This document shows, piece after piece, positions 39,333 through 50,772 of a stretch of DNA of 64,000 nt; positions within the stretch are counted from its first letter, which is position 1; each line of letters starts with the position of its first letter. A program made the position numbers and the translations under genes. The stretch is from positions 1 through 64,000 of the forward strand of contig JAUCBJ010001088.1 in the NCBI GenBank assembly GCA_032718475.1. Reading direction: 5' to 3'. The DNA is from Nemertoderma westbladi. Its lineage: Eukaryota > Animalia > Xenacoelomorpha. The notes under the pieces were generated by a model. That model ran no database searches, was not told the DNA's origin, and saw only the letters and a program-made list of their open reading frames with translations.

Positions 39333-39521
39333 GTGGATGATGTTGTTAATGAGTTTGCGAATATGTCAGAAGTGCGAAAATGTAAGGGGCCGGAACGAAA
39401 CGGAGAGAATTCGGAACGAAATGACGATGATTGCAACGATAGTGAGAGTGGCAATGAAACCTTAGACTCTGGTGATGATGAAACCTCAGATGAAAGCAGT
39501 GATATCGATGAAGATGATATT
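39333..39521 (+). CDS. Candidate acidic exon of an unknown gene
   Basis: T-rich acceptor ...TTATTTAAG|, 189 nt open (D/E/S-rich), donor |GTTAGT; phase 0 at both ends. Confidence 0.4.
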
Positions 39522-39675
39522 GTTAGTTAAATTAAAATACCATTTTATTTAAATTATTTGAAATCTTTTCAGATTGGATACGAATCTTTGGTTTAGACCC
39601 GCGGACTTTATTAGCAGAGACTGCACTACTACTGCAGTCACAGCTGATATCAATAAAATGTTTATTCAGATATCA

Positions 39676-40145
39676 AAGTTACTACTAAATGAGTCTATAA
39701 AGAGAACTGTTCTGCTACTAAAGTTAAGTTTCTACTAAATAAGTCAATAAAGAGAACTGTCATGCTACTAAAGTTAAGTTACTACTAAATAAGTCTATGC
39801 CAAGCAGAAGGACTGTCCTGCTACTAAAGTTAAGTTGCTACTAAATAAGTCTATAAAGAGAACTGTCCTGCTACTAAAGTTAAGTTACTACTAAATAAGT
39901 CTATAAAGAGAACTGTCCTGCTACTAAAGTTAAGTTACTACTAAATAAGTCTATAAAGAGAACTGTCCTGCTACTAAAGTTAAGTTACTACTAAATAAGT
40001 CTATAAAGAGAATAGTCCTGCTACTAAAGTTAAGTTACTACTAAATAAGTCTATAAAGAGAACAGTCATGCTACTAAAGTTAAGTTGCTACTAAATAAGT
40101 CTATAAAGAGAACAGTCCTGCTACTAAAGTTAAGTTACTACTAAA
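39676..40145. repeat. 50-bp minisatellite (~9 units)
   Basis: Unit CTACTAAAGTTAAGTTACTACTAAATAAGTCTATAAAGAGAACTGTCCTG. Confidence 0.95.
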
Positions 40146-40180
40146 TTTTGCTTAGTTTAGTTACCTTATTACATTTACAG

Positions 40181-41783
40181 TATGATATACCAGATGAAGC
40201 TAGCAGTGGTACCAACAATCAAGATGATGAATTCAATGATGACGCATGTTCTTCGGGTTTCCTTGTTAACTCCATTAACTATATTGCTAAGAATGGGGAA
40301 GGATCATCAGCTGTAACAACCCCCTTAATTGTTCCTGATATTCCCGTTGGAACCCCACTCTCCATACCAGTTCGGTACCCCACTCTCCATACCAGATGGA
40401 TCCCCACTCTCCGTACCAGTTGGATCCCCACTCTCTGTACCAGTTCGGATCCCCACTCTCTGCCCCACCAGTTGGATCCCCACTCTCTGCCCCACCAGTT
40501 GGATCCCCACTCTCTGCCTCACCAGCTGGATCCCCACTCTCTGCCCCACCAGTTGGATCCCCACTCTCTGCCCCACCAGTTGGATCCCCACTCTCTGCCC
40601 CACCGATTTGGATCCCCACTCTCTGCACCACCAGTTGGATCCCCACTCTCTGCCCCACCAGTTGGATCCCCACTCTCTGCACCACCGGTTGGATCCCCAC
40701 TCTCTGCCCCACCAGTTGGATCCCCACTCTCTGTACCACCAGTTGGATCCCCATTCTCTGCCCCACCAGTTGGATCCCCACTCTCTGCACCACCAGATGG
40801 ATCCCCACTCTCTGCCCCACCAGTTGGATCCCCACTCTCTTCCCCACCAGTTGGATCCCCACTCTCCGCCCCACCAGATGGATCCCCACTCTCTGTACCA
40901 GTCGGATCCTCACTCTCTGCACCGGTTAAATCCCCACTATCTGCAACTTTGATGGATGTCGACATGGTGGGACATCTTGTCCTTGAAGATACTGTCGAAT
41001 ATGAGACAACATATCCAGCTAATGAGCCCCCTAATCAATCTGTTACTGTTCTCACACCTAAGATGTCCAATACTAATGGCATCAATGACATTGATAGTCG
41101 CCGAGTGGTAAAGCCAAAAACCAAATGGACTATAAACTCAGCGATTGAAAAACTGAGAGACAGAATCGACAGTCATAAATTGGCTGGTCCTGATTCCGCA
41201 CAGACCATAGCTCTATCTGATTCCGGAAAGACGGTGGCTCAACCGGTTTCCGGACCGACGGTGGCTCAACCGGTTTCCGGACAGACGGTGGCTCAACCGG
41301 TTTCCGGACAGACGGTGGCTCAACCGGTTTCCGGACAGAAGGTGGCTCAACCGGTTTCCGGACCGACGGTGACTCTACCAGAAGGTGTCCAGCTACGGGA
41401 CTGCAGCGTCTACTTAAATGGATCCCGACCACTCTGTACTTCGACACCGATACGCGGCACCAATAGAGATAACGATCGCAAACTCTGTACCATCGATATG
41501 CAATCCAGAGATGTTCCTAGGGCTTCTAAAGCCATTGCAAGTTACAACAGTACAGTTCCTAGGTACCGGAATACCGCTGCCCGGGATGCCCCACCCATTG
41601 CTAGACAACGCGATGGTCCTGCGCGCTCAACCTCGCAGCATTCGTCACATTCTGCCGGTCTTCGTTCGCAACAAAGTCGTACTGTGGATGGTCGTGGAGG
41701 AGTGATAAACCCCAGAGGAACCAATAAGGAGGCAGTTGGAAATAAACCCAACCCATTGGATAATCAGATGACATCAAGTAATG
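40181..41783 (+). CDS. Candidate large low-complexity exon with 27-bp coding repeats (PVGSPLSAP; VAQPVSGQT)
   Basis: Within ORF 40148-41830; acceptor ACATTTACAG| and possible donor ATG|GTAAAT. Repeat blocks at ~40347-40940 and ~41221-41370. No domain recognised. Confidence 0.45.
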
Positions 41784-42089
41784 GTAAATTCAATTGGACG
41801 TGTGTGAATAATGTTATAGTCATCGACTAATTAACTATTAATTGTTTTACTAACCGACAACTATAAAAATTTACATAAATACTATTTCATATAGGAATAT
41901 TTTCAGCATTCATTCATTGTCAATTTAATATGATATAGAATTGTTATTGTTATTTATATTGTTTTGTTGTTAAGATCGCCTTAGTTGTGCGATATCTTCA
42001 GGTTGGGACGATATGAACATAAGTGGGACACTGCCGTCCCTTTATGGAGCGGGACAGAATGAGGATACTGAGTGTCTTTCTTACGTAAG

Positions 42090-42390
42090 AATGGTAGTTG
42101 GCTCTTAGTAGCAAATATTCAGAGCGGGTGATGGTATGGGTGACACAACCTACTGGTTCCAGAAGTTGAGGAAAACCCGCCCAGTACCTAACTGATCTAG
42201 ACTTTGCTGATGACTAGAGGGCGCCCCAACAGCTCCACAGCTCATTAGAACAGACTGCTTCTAGTGTTGGTCTATTTGTTAACTCCACGAAGAACAAAAT
42301 GTTGATAGTTTTGACAGTTTAGACTTTGACAGTTCTCAGGAATGACTCAACATATGAGCCAATTCTATAAAGATGGTGTGGTTGAGCATC
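42090..42390 (+). mobile_element. Old RTE LINE internal fragment
   Basis: Matches ~57200-57510 (e.g. TACCTAACTGATCTAGACTTTGCTGATGAC) with stops and deletions. Confidence 0.85.
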
Positions 42391-43165
42391 TGGTAAAAAA
42401 AAGGTAAAACTTTAGGGAAACCTGTGGCATGGACTGGCATCGAATCGAATCGAAAGAAATTTTTCGTCTTCGATTTCCAATATATTTTTCGATTCGATAT
42501 CGATTCGACTCAGGTAAAAAATTTCTACTTTGATTCGATTATTCGACCTTTGATTATGAACTTAATTACTTGTCATCAAATATACATTATAAATTTTATT
42601 CTCAAATTGTTACTTTTTTCCTTAGGGAAAAAATTAACCAATAGGAATGCATTCATTTTACTTTTTCCCGCTTATTATTTTTGATTTTCCCTATCCTGGC
42701 GAACTATTTTTGGTGGAATTTCTTAATTTTATTTCAAGTGTTGAAATAGCATCGAAGTAGGAAAGGTGTGAAAGTAATTTAAGCAAAATCCATTCAAACA
42801 CTCTTTATGTTTGTTAAGCGGCTCTTTAGTTACGTAATAAATATCCGAGAACACTAAATTATTGTAACATTGAGTAAAGCGGCATCAGGAGTTGAAGAGT
42901 ACAATAATTGGAAACGCGGTAACTATATGGAAGCAATATATTGTAAAATACTGCAGTTTAATTTATTTTGTACCACTACATCACTGTACGTTTTATTAAA
43001 GAATTGAGCAACAAAAAGTACTAATTTAAAAATAAAATTAGTATTACATGGGAAAAAAACGTAGATAATTGATAATTATTAAAAATATATTAAGACTTAA
43101 GACTGCCTGTTCAATAGTTTTTCTAAGTGCATTCGGTGGGGTAGTGAATGTTAGGGACAAGTGGC

Positions 43166-43227
43166 TGAACTGGTTAGCGCTACTGATGAGGCCTGATAGG
43201 CCGAAACGTACGTATAGCGCTGGTTCA
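43166..43227 (+). ncRNA. Minimal type I hammerhead ribozyme
   Basis: Stem I AGCGCTA/TAGCGCT; core CTGATGA (43183-43189); stem II GGCCT-GAT-AGGCC; GAAA; stem III AC-GTAC-GT; GTA cleavage triplet at 43212-43214. Confidence 0.9.
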
Positions 43228-43389
43228 ACCCCCGGTGACGCGCTTTCTCATTTTTTCTATTTATGAACAAAACCATAATATTACATCTTTAATTACAGTT
43301 GCATTACCAGCTCAACTCCAATTTACTTATAATAATATATAAAATACCTCGAGAATAGTGAACAGTCATCTGTCCAAATCAATTCGGGT

Positions 43390-45110
43390 TTAGGAAAAAA
43401 TTCACGACAACTTTTGCTGTTCTTAATATTGTAGAAAATATTCGTACCGCCTTAGATAATAAATAATCCACTTCAGTTGTATATAATATAGACCTAAAGA
43501 AAGCTTTCGACTCTTTGGACATAGGAATTCTTCTGAAGAAACTTTGCTCGTACGGTATCCGCGGGACTCCTCACTCTCTACTTACAGATTACCTATCTGA
43601 ACGTTCCCAGTTTGTTTCCATAGCCAATATCCATTCTTCCATCAAACCGGTCACCTGTGGAGTTCCCCATGGATCTATTTTAGGACCACTTCTATTCCTC
43701 CTATATATCAACGACCTACCAAATTCCAGTAAACTTCGAACCACTTTATTCGCTGATGATACCAGCCTTAGCCATACAACAGCATCGGTTAGCGATATGT
43801 TTCTATCGGTTAACTCAAATCTGACAAGTGTATCTAAGTGGATAAAGGATAATAAATTAACAATAAACCTCAAAAAAACAGAATATACAATTTTTTCCAA
43901 TCTCCACGGCAACTTCAGACAGTTAAACCCAATTCATATTGATGGCAAACAAATTAAACAAGTTTCAGTTTCCAAGTACTTAGGCCTACACATAGACAGT
44001 AAACTAACATTTCGCCAACATGTCCAGTATGTTCTCAATAAAATATCTAAATCCGGTGGCATTTTTTTCAGACTAAGACATTTACTCCCCCTCCAAATAA
44101 TGCGTACCCTATTCTTTTCTCTTATCTATCCTTACATAAACTACGGGTTAGTTGTATGGGGGGGTACATACTCTTCGATCTTAAAACCTTTACGAATTAA
44201 AATTAATAAAATAGTTAGGTGCTTATCTTTCAGCCACCGCCGATCATCTTCAATTCCTATCTACCGTAAGCTACAAATCTTACCCCTTGAAGCTTTATAT
44301 AAGCACCAAATCTGTAATCTAATGTACGATATATCCCGTAACCCTAAACACCCACTGGCATATTTATTTCGTAAAACTGCTTCTATCCATTCATATAATA
44401 CTCGCTCTTCTAAATCTGGCCATTTTAATCTCCCTTCAGTCCGTCTTGAAGTTGCCCACCAATCTGTTGCTTTTCAAGGCCCTCTACTATGGAATTCACT
44501 GTCTGATGACCTTCGAAATATTGTTGTTAAATCAATCTTTGCCAAACAACTAAAAAGACATTTACTTGATCTATAATCGGTTACTATCATCCATTATATC
44601 TTATTGGTCACAATTAACCACTCAGTCAAATTGATTACAATTATCGACTATGACACATCGGTTAATATTTATCCACTCTGATTCATCCATCCACTCTGTC
44701 TCACCGGTCGCATTTATCTACCTTGAAATATTGGTCACAATTTTTCCACTCTTACTCATCGGTTTCAATTATCCAGTCTGTCACATCTTTTAGAATTATA
44801 CCCTCTGCGTATCATCGGTTACAGTGGATAACTGATAACTCAATTTCACAGTCTGCAGTCTGGTCAGTGAGAAGGTCCTCGCGGGAGTACTCTGGGTTGG
44901 CTTCCCACAGTTATCATTCTCAGGTGTATAAGATGGTTACCCAATTCTTTGGTGTCATACCGCCAATCCACCCCCCCCCCCCCCCCCCCCTCGCAAATCA
45001 ACATGTTAGTAAAAGGTTACCCAGGCACAGCACTAGCTTTGCTATTGTGTCCAAGTAATCTCCTAAATTGTAGGCACCAGTCAATGGCGACTGATAAACA
45101 ATAACGTTTA
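43390..45110 (+). mobile_element. 5'-truncated CR1/L2-group LINE (RT C-terminal region and 3' UTR)
   Basis: DLKKAFDSLD, YGIRG, GVPHGSILGPLLFLLYINDL, LFADDT, KYLG, HSYNTR; ORF 43515-44576; 3' stem-loop near 45015-45060. Boundaries approximate. Confidence 0.9.
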
Positions 45111-45517
45111 GTAATTATATTACTATTCCATACAATTTCTGGTGCGGTGCATCTGTATTGTTTGTGAGGTATCTTGAAATTGAAAATTGAAATTGAATTG
45201 AAACAAGTTGTATTTTTTTCCCATGTACTAAGTAATTATTTGTATATTTTACTGTTGGCCAATTTTTGCCAAAAAATCAAAAGTATGGGGCCTACCAAAA
45301 TGTTCAGCAGCTTTAGGGCTACAATCGTGAGTATTGCATTTGTAAAACTGGCAATTTCGATATTCTAGAACCGATTTTGTAACTATGCTACACTTATTTT
45401 ATCATTCTCAAAATATTTGATCCCCAAAATATTGTTCGAACATACTAAAAACCACATATATTTTCCAAAAACAATAATTTTGTGCTAAAATTTTCATAGA
45501 AGATGGCCTACATATCG

Positions 45518-45706
45518 GCTTGACACTAGAACAAAATCGCCTCCAATTTGCAGGACATTGCTTTCGCCGTGAGGACCAGGGTGTTGTCGCTGCGCAATTT
45601 TGTCGACAAGCCGGCATAGCATTCTTAATATATATGTAATATATATATACAGTATAATGTAACTGCAATGCAGCATGCCGATCGTAGTAGTAGTAATAGT
45701 AGTAGT
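45518..45706 (+). mobile_element. RTE LINE 3'-end fragment with (TAG)n tail
   Basis: Matches 57845-57906 joined to ~58045-58128; ends GCATGCCGATCGTAGTAGTAGTAATAGTAGTAGT. Confidence 0.85.
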
Positions 45707-46116
45707 GGCTGCGACACTGGTTTCAGGGATTCTATGTAAGATAAATATCTGGCCCACTAAATTTAGGGGCTTTGCAGCAGCTTGGCGGGTCGTATCTGTA
45801 GTTGGTCATGACGATGTTGTAAAAATTGGCGGAAGCCAGGCGCCAAGCAGTCTGTCTGAGACCGTTAATCATAAGAATGTAATTTAAAGTGATAAATTAA
45901 CATACAATGGTATCTATACTAAGGTTAGTTACTAATAATTGTTCAATAATAGGTCTTGATACTTACCGCCTTTGATTCCCTTTGAGACTATATTGATTGC
46001 ATAAGCTCTCTGCTGTCAGATCCTTTCCTATCGCCGTAAATCCAACAGGCGCGGCGTCTGCGGCGACAAAGAATGAAAGCTGTACTTCATCAAGTGTGGG
46101 TTGGATGTTTCCTTAA

Positions 46117-46600
46117 CCCTTTGCGTACTAAAGATAAATTACATAAATTTTTACTTCCAATGACCAAAAAAATATATTTGATCGGACCAAGGTTTATTTC
46201 CTTGTCTTTCCCAGAGATTTTTATATAAAGAAGAGGATGACCATATTATTATACTTATCCTACACTCAAAGGAACACATGGCCACCTTTAACCATTTTCG
46301 AAATTTGTTAAATCTTTCATTTAAACCCCTTGGGCGGCACACTGCCACCTTAATCATTTGTAACAAAATTATTGGCTAAATTGAAATTAAATTGCATAAA
46401 TTATGCCGCCAATTATGACCCTGCCGCCCTGGGGGGTCAGGATAATATATGTAATGGCGGCACTCTGCCGCACTTAGGGGTTTTAAGTTATAATTATATA
46501 AAAGGCGGCAACTGCCGCCTTAATGAACAGGGTCCTGAATTATTTACAATGGAAAATAGGCAGTGTGCCGCCTTTTTTAAGTGTTGCAGTACTCAAAGGT
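46117..46600. mobile_element. piggyBac-like MITE (484 bp)
   Basis: TTAA on both sides; TIRs CCCTTTGCGTACT / AGTACTCAAAGGT (11/13 match); internal GGCGGCA...TGCCGCC motifs. Confidence 0.7.
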
Positions 46601-46816
46601 TTAAGTTATACTCGGTATAGGGGGTATACTGGACTGCGTGTGGTTTGGACTGTGGCTTTACAAATTTAAACTTAACTTACATTTTGTGGTCGTTTTTTTC
46701 TGTTAGCAGAATATATCTAGATTCGTGCAGTCTACACATCACCTGGCATGAACAATCGGACGCCCACACACAGTCGCATACGCAAAAGCTACAGACTTAG
46801 AATACACACGCACAAT

Positions 46817-49800
46817 CGCATACGCACAAGCTACAGACTTGGAATACAGATGCACAAATTTCATCGAACATACATGCACAACAGATAAAGATTTCCGCAG
46901 TTTTAAAATAAGAAGACAAAAGTTGGTAGAGGAATTAGAAGGTTCAAGAAGGAATTACATGACCACCTCCATGTTACATGAACCCGTGCCCGGATAGACA
47001 TTACCCCATGCCCGTGTAAAGACGTGACCCCGCGCCCGTGTAGAGACATGGCCCCGTGCCCGGTTAGAAGCGTGAACCCGTGCATTGGAAGAGCCATTAC
47101 CCCATGTCCGTGTATGAAGATACGTGACCCCGCGCCGTGGAAGGGACGTGACCCCGCGCCTGGGAATAGATATGACCCCATGCCCGGGTAGAGACATGAC
47201 CCCGTGCCCGGGTAGAGACATCACCCCTCGCCTGGGAAGAGACATGACCCCGTGCCCGGGTAGAGACATCACCCCTCGCCTGGGAAGAGACATGACCCCG
47301 TGCCCGGGTAGAGACATCACCCCTCGCCTGGGAAGAGACATGACCCCGTGCCCGGGTAGAGACGTGACCCCGCGCCCGGGAAGAGACATTACCCCATGTC
47401 CGTGTATGAAGATACGTGACCCCGCGCCTTGGAAGGGACGTGACCCCGCGCCTGGGAATAGATATGACCCCATGCCCGGGTAGAGACATGACCCCGTGCC
47501 CGGGTAGAGACATCACCCCTCGCCTGGGAAGAGACATGACCCCGTGCCCGGGTAGAGACATCACCCCTCGCCTGGGAAGAGACATGACCCCGCGCCCGGG
47601 AAGAGACATTACCCCATGTCCGTGTATGAAGATACGTGACCCCGCGCCTTGGAAGGGATGTGACCCCGCGCCTGGGAATAGATATGACCCCATGCCCGGG
47701 TAGAGACATGACCCCGTGCCCGGGTAGAGACATCACCCCTTGCCTGGGAAGAGACATGACCCCGTGCCCGGGTAGAGACGTGACCCCGTGCCCGGGTAGA
47801 GACATCACCCCTTGCCTGGGAAGAGACATGACCCCGTGCCCGGGTAGAGACGTGACCCCGCGCCCGGGAAGAGACATTACCCCATGTCCGTGTATGAAGA
47901 TACGCGACCCCGCGTCTTGGAAGGGACGTGACCCCCCGCCTGGGTAGAGACGTGACCCCATGTCCATGTAGAAGTAGAAGCGTGACCCCACGCCAGGGTT
48001 GTGGAGTGTTGTAATTTATTAACCTTCTATATTATTATTATTTTTTCACTGTTCAAGTAAATTACGTTGTTGTAAAAATGGAATGATAATTAACACACAA
48101 TGGTATCTACACTAAGGTAGTTACTAATAATTGTTCTATAAAGGTCTTAATACTTGCCGCCTTTGATTGCCTTTATGATACTTTATTGATTGCATCAGCT
48201 CTTTTCCTTTCGCTTGTAAATCCAACAGACTTCTGCGACAAAGAAGGAGGTTTTACATCATAAAGTGTGGGATTTGATGTTTCCTTAAACCCCGGTTTAT
48301 ACACTCAAATAAATTTATTGTTCTCCAAACGGCTAAAAACATTATCAGTACGACAACATAATCTTGTCAAAAAAGAGAAGAATATAGGAGAATATAAAGA
48401 ATATATGAATTAACAATTATTTAAAATTATACTGTTAAAGGACCATTTTCGGTGCCGCGATTTCTGTCCTGTTGTTTCAACGTACTACCTTTGTATTCTA
48501 GAATACACTATTTTATGAAATCGTTTAAGTCAAGCAATGGAAAAAACGTGGCAAAAACGCGGTGAAGGCGTGGCAAAAAAAGCGGCCAAAAATACGGCAA
48601 CCAAAATAGTCCTTAACGAAATATGAAATGTCAGAGAACAACTGTTATTCCCAACCCAAACCAATTCAAACTATTATTGGAATCCGCATACGCACAAGCT
48701 ACAGACTTGGAATACAGACGCACAAATTTCATCGAACACACATGCACAACAGATAAAGATTTCCGCAGTTTTAAAATAAGAAGACAAAAGTTGGTAGAGG
48801 AATTAGAAGGTTCAAGAAGGAATTACATGACCACCTCCATGTTACATGAACCCGTGCCTGGATAGACATTACCCCATGCCCGTGTAAAGACGTGACCCCG
48901 CGCCCGGGTAGGTACGTGACCCTGCGCAAGGGTAGAAGCGTGAACCCGTGCCTTGAAAGAGCCATTACCCCATGTCCGTGTATGAAGATACGTGACCCCG
49001 CGCCTTGGAAGGGACGTGACCCCGCGCCTGGGTAGAGACGTGACCCCATGCCCATGTAGAAGCGTGACCCCACGCCATGGTTGTGGAGTATTGTAATTTA
49101 TTAACCTTCTATATTATTATTGTTTTTTTCACTGTTCAAATAATTTACGTTGTTGTAAAAATGGGCGACGCCCCTGTCTGTAACTGGTAGCCAGGTGTCA
49201 GCAGTCTGTATGTAACTGCAAGCCAGGCGCCAGGCATTCTGTCTCTAACTGTTAACCATAAGAATGTAATTTAATGTGATAATTAACACACAGTGGTATC
49301 TATACTAAGGTTAGTTACTAATAATTGTTCTATAAAGGTTTTAATACTTGCCGCCTTTGATTGCCTTTATGATACTTTATTGATTGCATAAGCTCTCTGC
49401 TCTCAGCTCTTTTCCTTTCGCCAGTAAACCCAACAGACGTCTGCGACAAAGAAGGGAAGTTGTACCTCATCAAGTGCGGGTTGGATGTCTCCTTAAACCC
49501 CGGTTTATACACTCAAATAAATGTATTGTTCTCCAAACTGCCAAAAACATTATCAGTACGACAAAATAATCTTGTCAAAAAAGAGAAGAATATAGGAGAA
49601 TATAAAGAATATATGAATTAACAATTATTTAAAATTATACTGTTAAAGGACCATTTTCGGTGCCGCGATTTCTGTCCTGTTGTTACAACGTACTACCTTT
49701 GTATTCTAGAATACACTATTTTATGCAATCGTTTTACGTCAAGCAATGGAAAAAACGTGGCAAAAAACGCGACCAAAAATACGGCAACGAAAATAGTCCT

Positions 49801-49872
49801 TAACGAAATATGAAATGTCAGAGAACAACTGTTACTCCCAACCCAAACCAATTCAAACTATTATTGGAATCC
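46817..49872. repeat. Local tandem duplication X-Y-X'-Y'
   Basis: 46817-48080 is paralogous to 48684-49160; 48091-48684 is paralogous to 49284-49872; a partial third copy of Y lies at ~45835-46116. Confidence 0.85.
46995..47995. repeat. GC-rich 24-bp minisatellite with composite sub-periods
   Basis: Alternating AGAGACATGACCCCGTGCCCGGGT and AGAGACATCACCCCTCGCCTGGGA; a short unexpanded version lies at ~48860-49075. Confidence 0.9.
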
Positions 49873-50772
49873 TGAAATCATTTTTTAATTTTTTTGCCAG
49901 ACGAATCCAAGTAGGCCTAGGGTTAGAAGTTTAGACCAATAGTGCCGGAATAGGTTTAATGCATTTCTTGTCTGAGATTTTATATTCCCTATATGAGGCT
50001 GAATTAAATTAAAAAAAACTATTATTATCATTGCTACTGTAGTTCTAGATATAGAGTAGTTTATTGATTATTAGCCTAATAAACAATTATACCAAATACG
50101 GTATGTAACTAATAAACGAACGATACCTTAATTAACGATCAATATTAGACTAATATCAGACGAAACGGCGCACGTCGGATATCAGATTCAGACCATCTGA
50201 AGTCTGATTCCATATGTACAACGATGCACAATGCTCTTCAGATTCAGAGTTAAAAATCTGACACCTCTGACAGTCCAGATAGTTTATACTCAAACAGACA
50301 ATTGTATCAGATGTGAGGCACCTAGGGCCGCTGTATATATACAGTATCCCTGTCATATCATATCAGCTCATATCAGTTGTCCCCAGCTCATATCAGTTGT
50401 CCCCAGCTCCAATTAGTTGTCCCCCAACTCATTTCAGATTTCTTGTAATATTGTAATGTGGTGGATGTTTCAAAATTTTCTGCCACGCCCACTTTTTGTA
50501 GTAGCATTTAAAATAATATTTGAGATGATAACACTCAATAGTTTAACCACTTAAAAACAATAACATGATATCAACACTAAATAATTAATATTGATTTAGT
50601 ACATAAATGTATTAATCTTATGTTATATTAAATTATTATTATTATTTTATATCCACAGTATTGAATCGCAAACTTTCAACATTAAACTAAGATTCACCTG
50701 TAATGATTGGACTGGAAGGATAAAGTAACGAACATTATTTATTATACTATATTTAAATGCGTGATCCACGAA

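Noticed and set aside
42445-42548. CGAAT/ATTCG inverted motif cluster as a defined MITE
   Set aside because: Probably a decayed subterminal repeat; no ends or TSD could be fixed.
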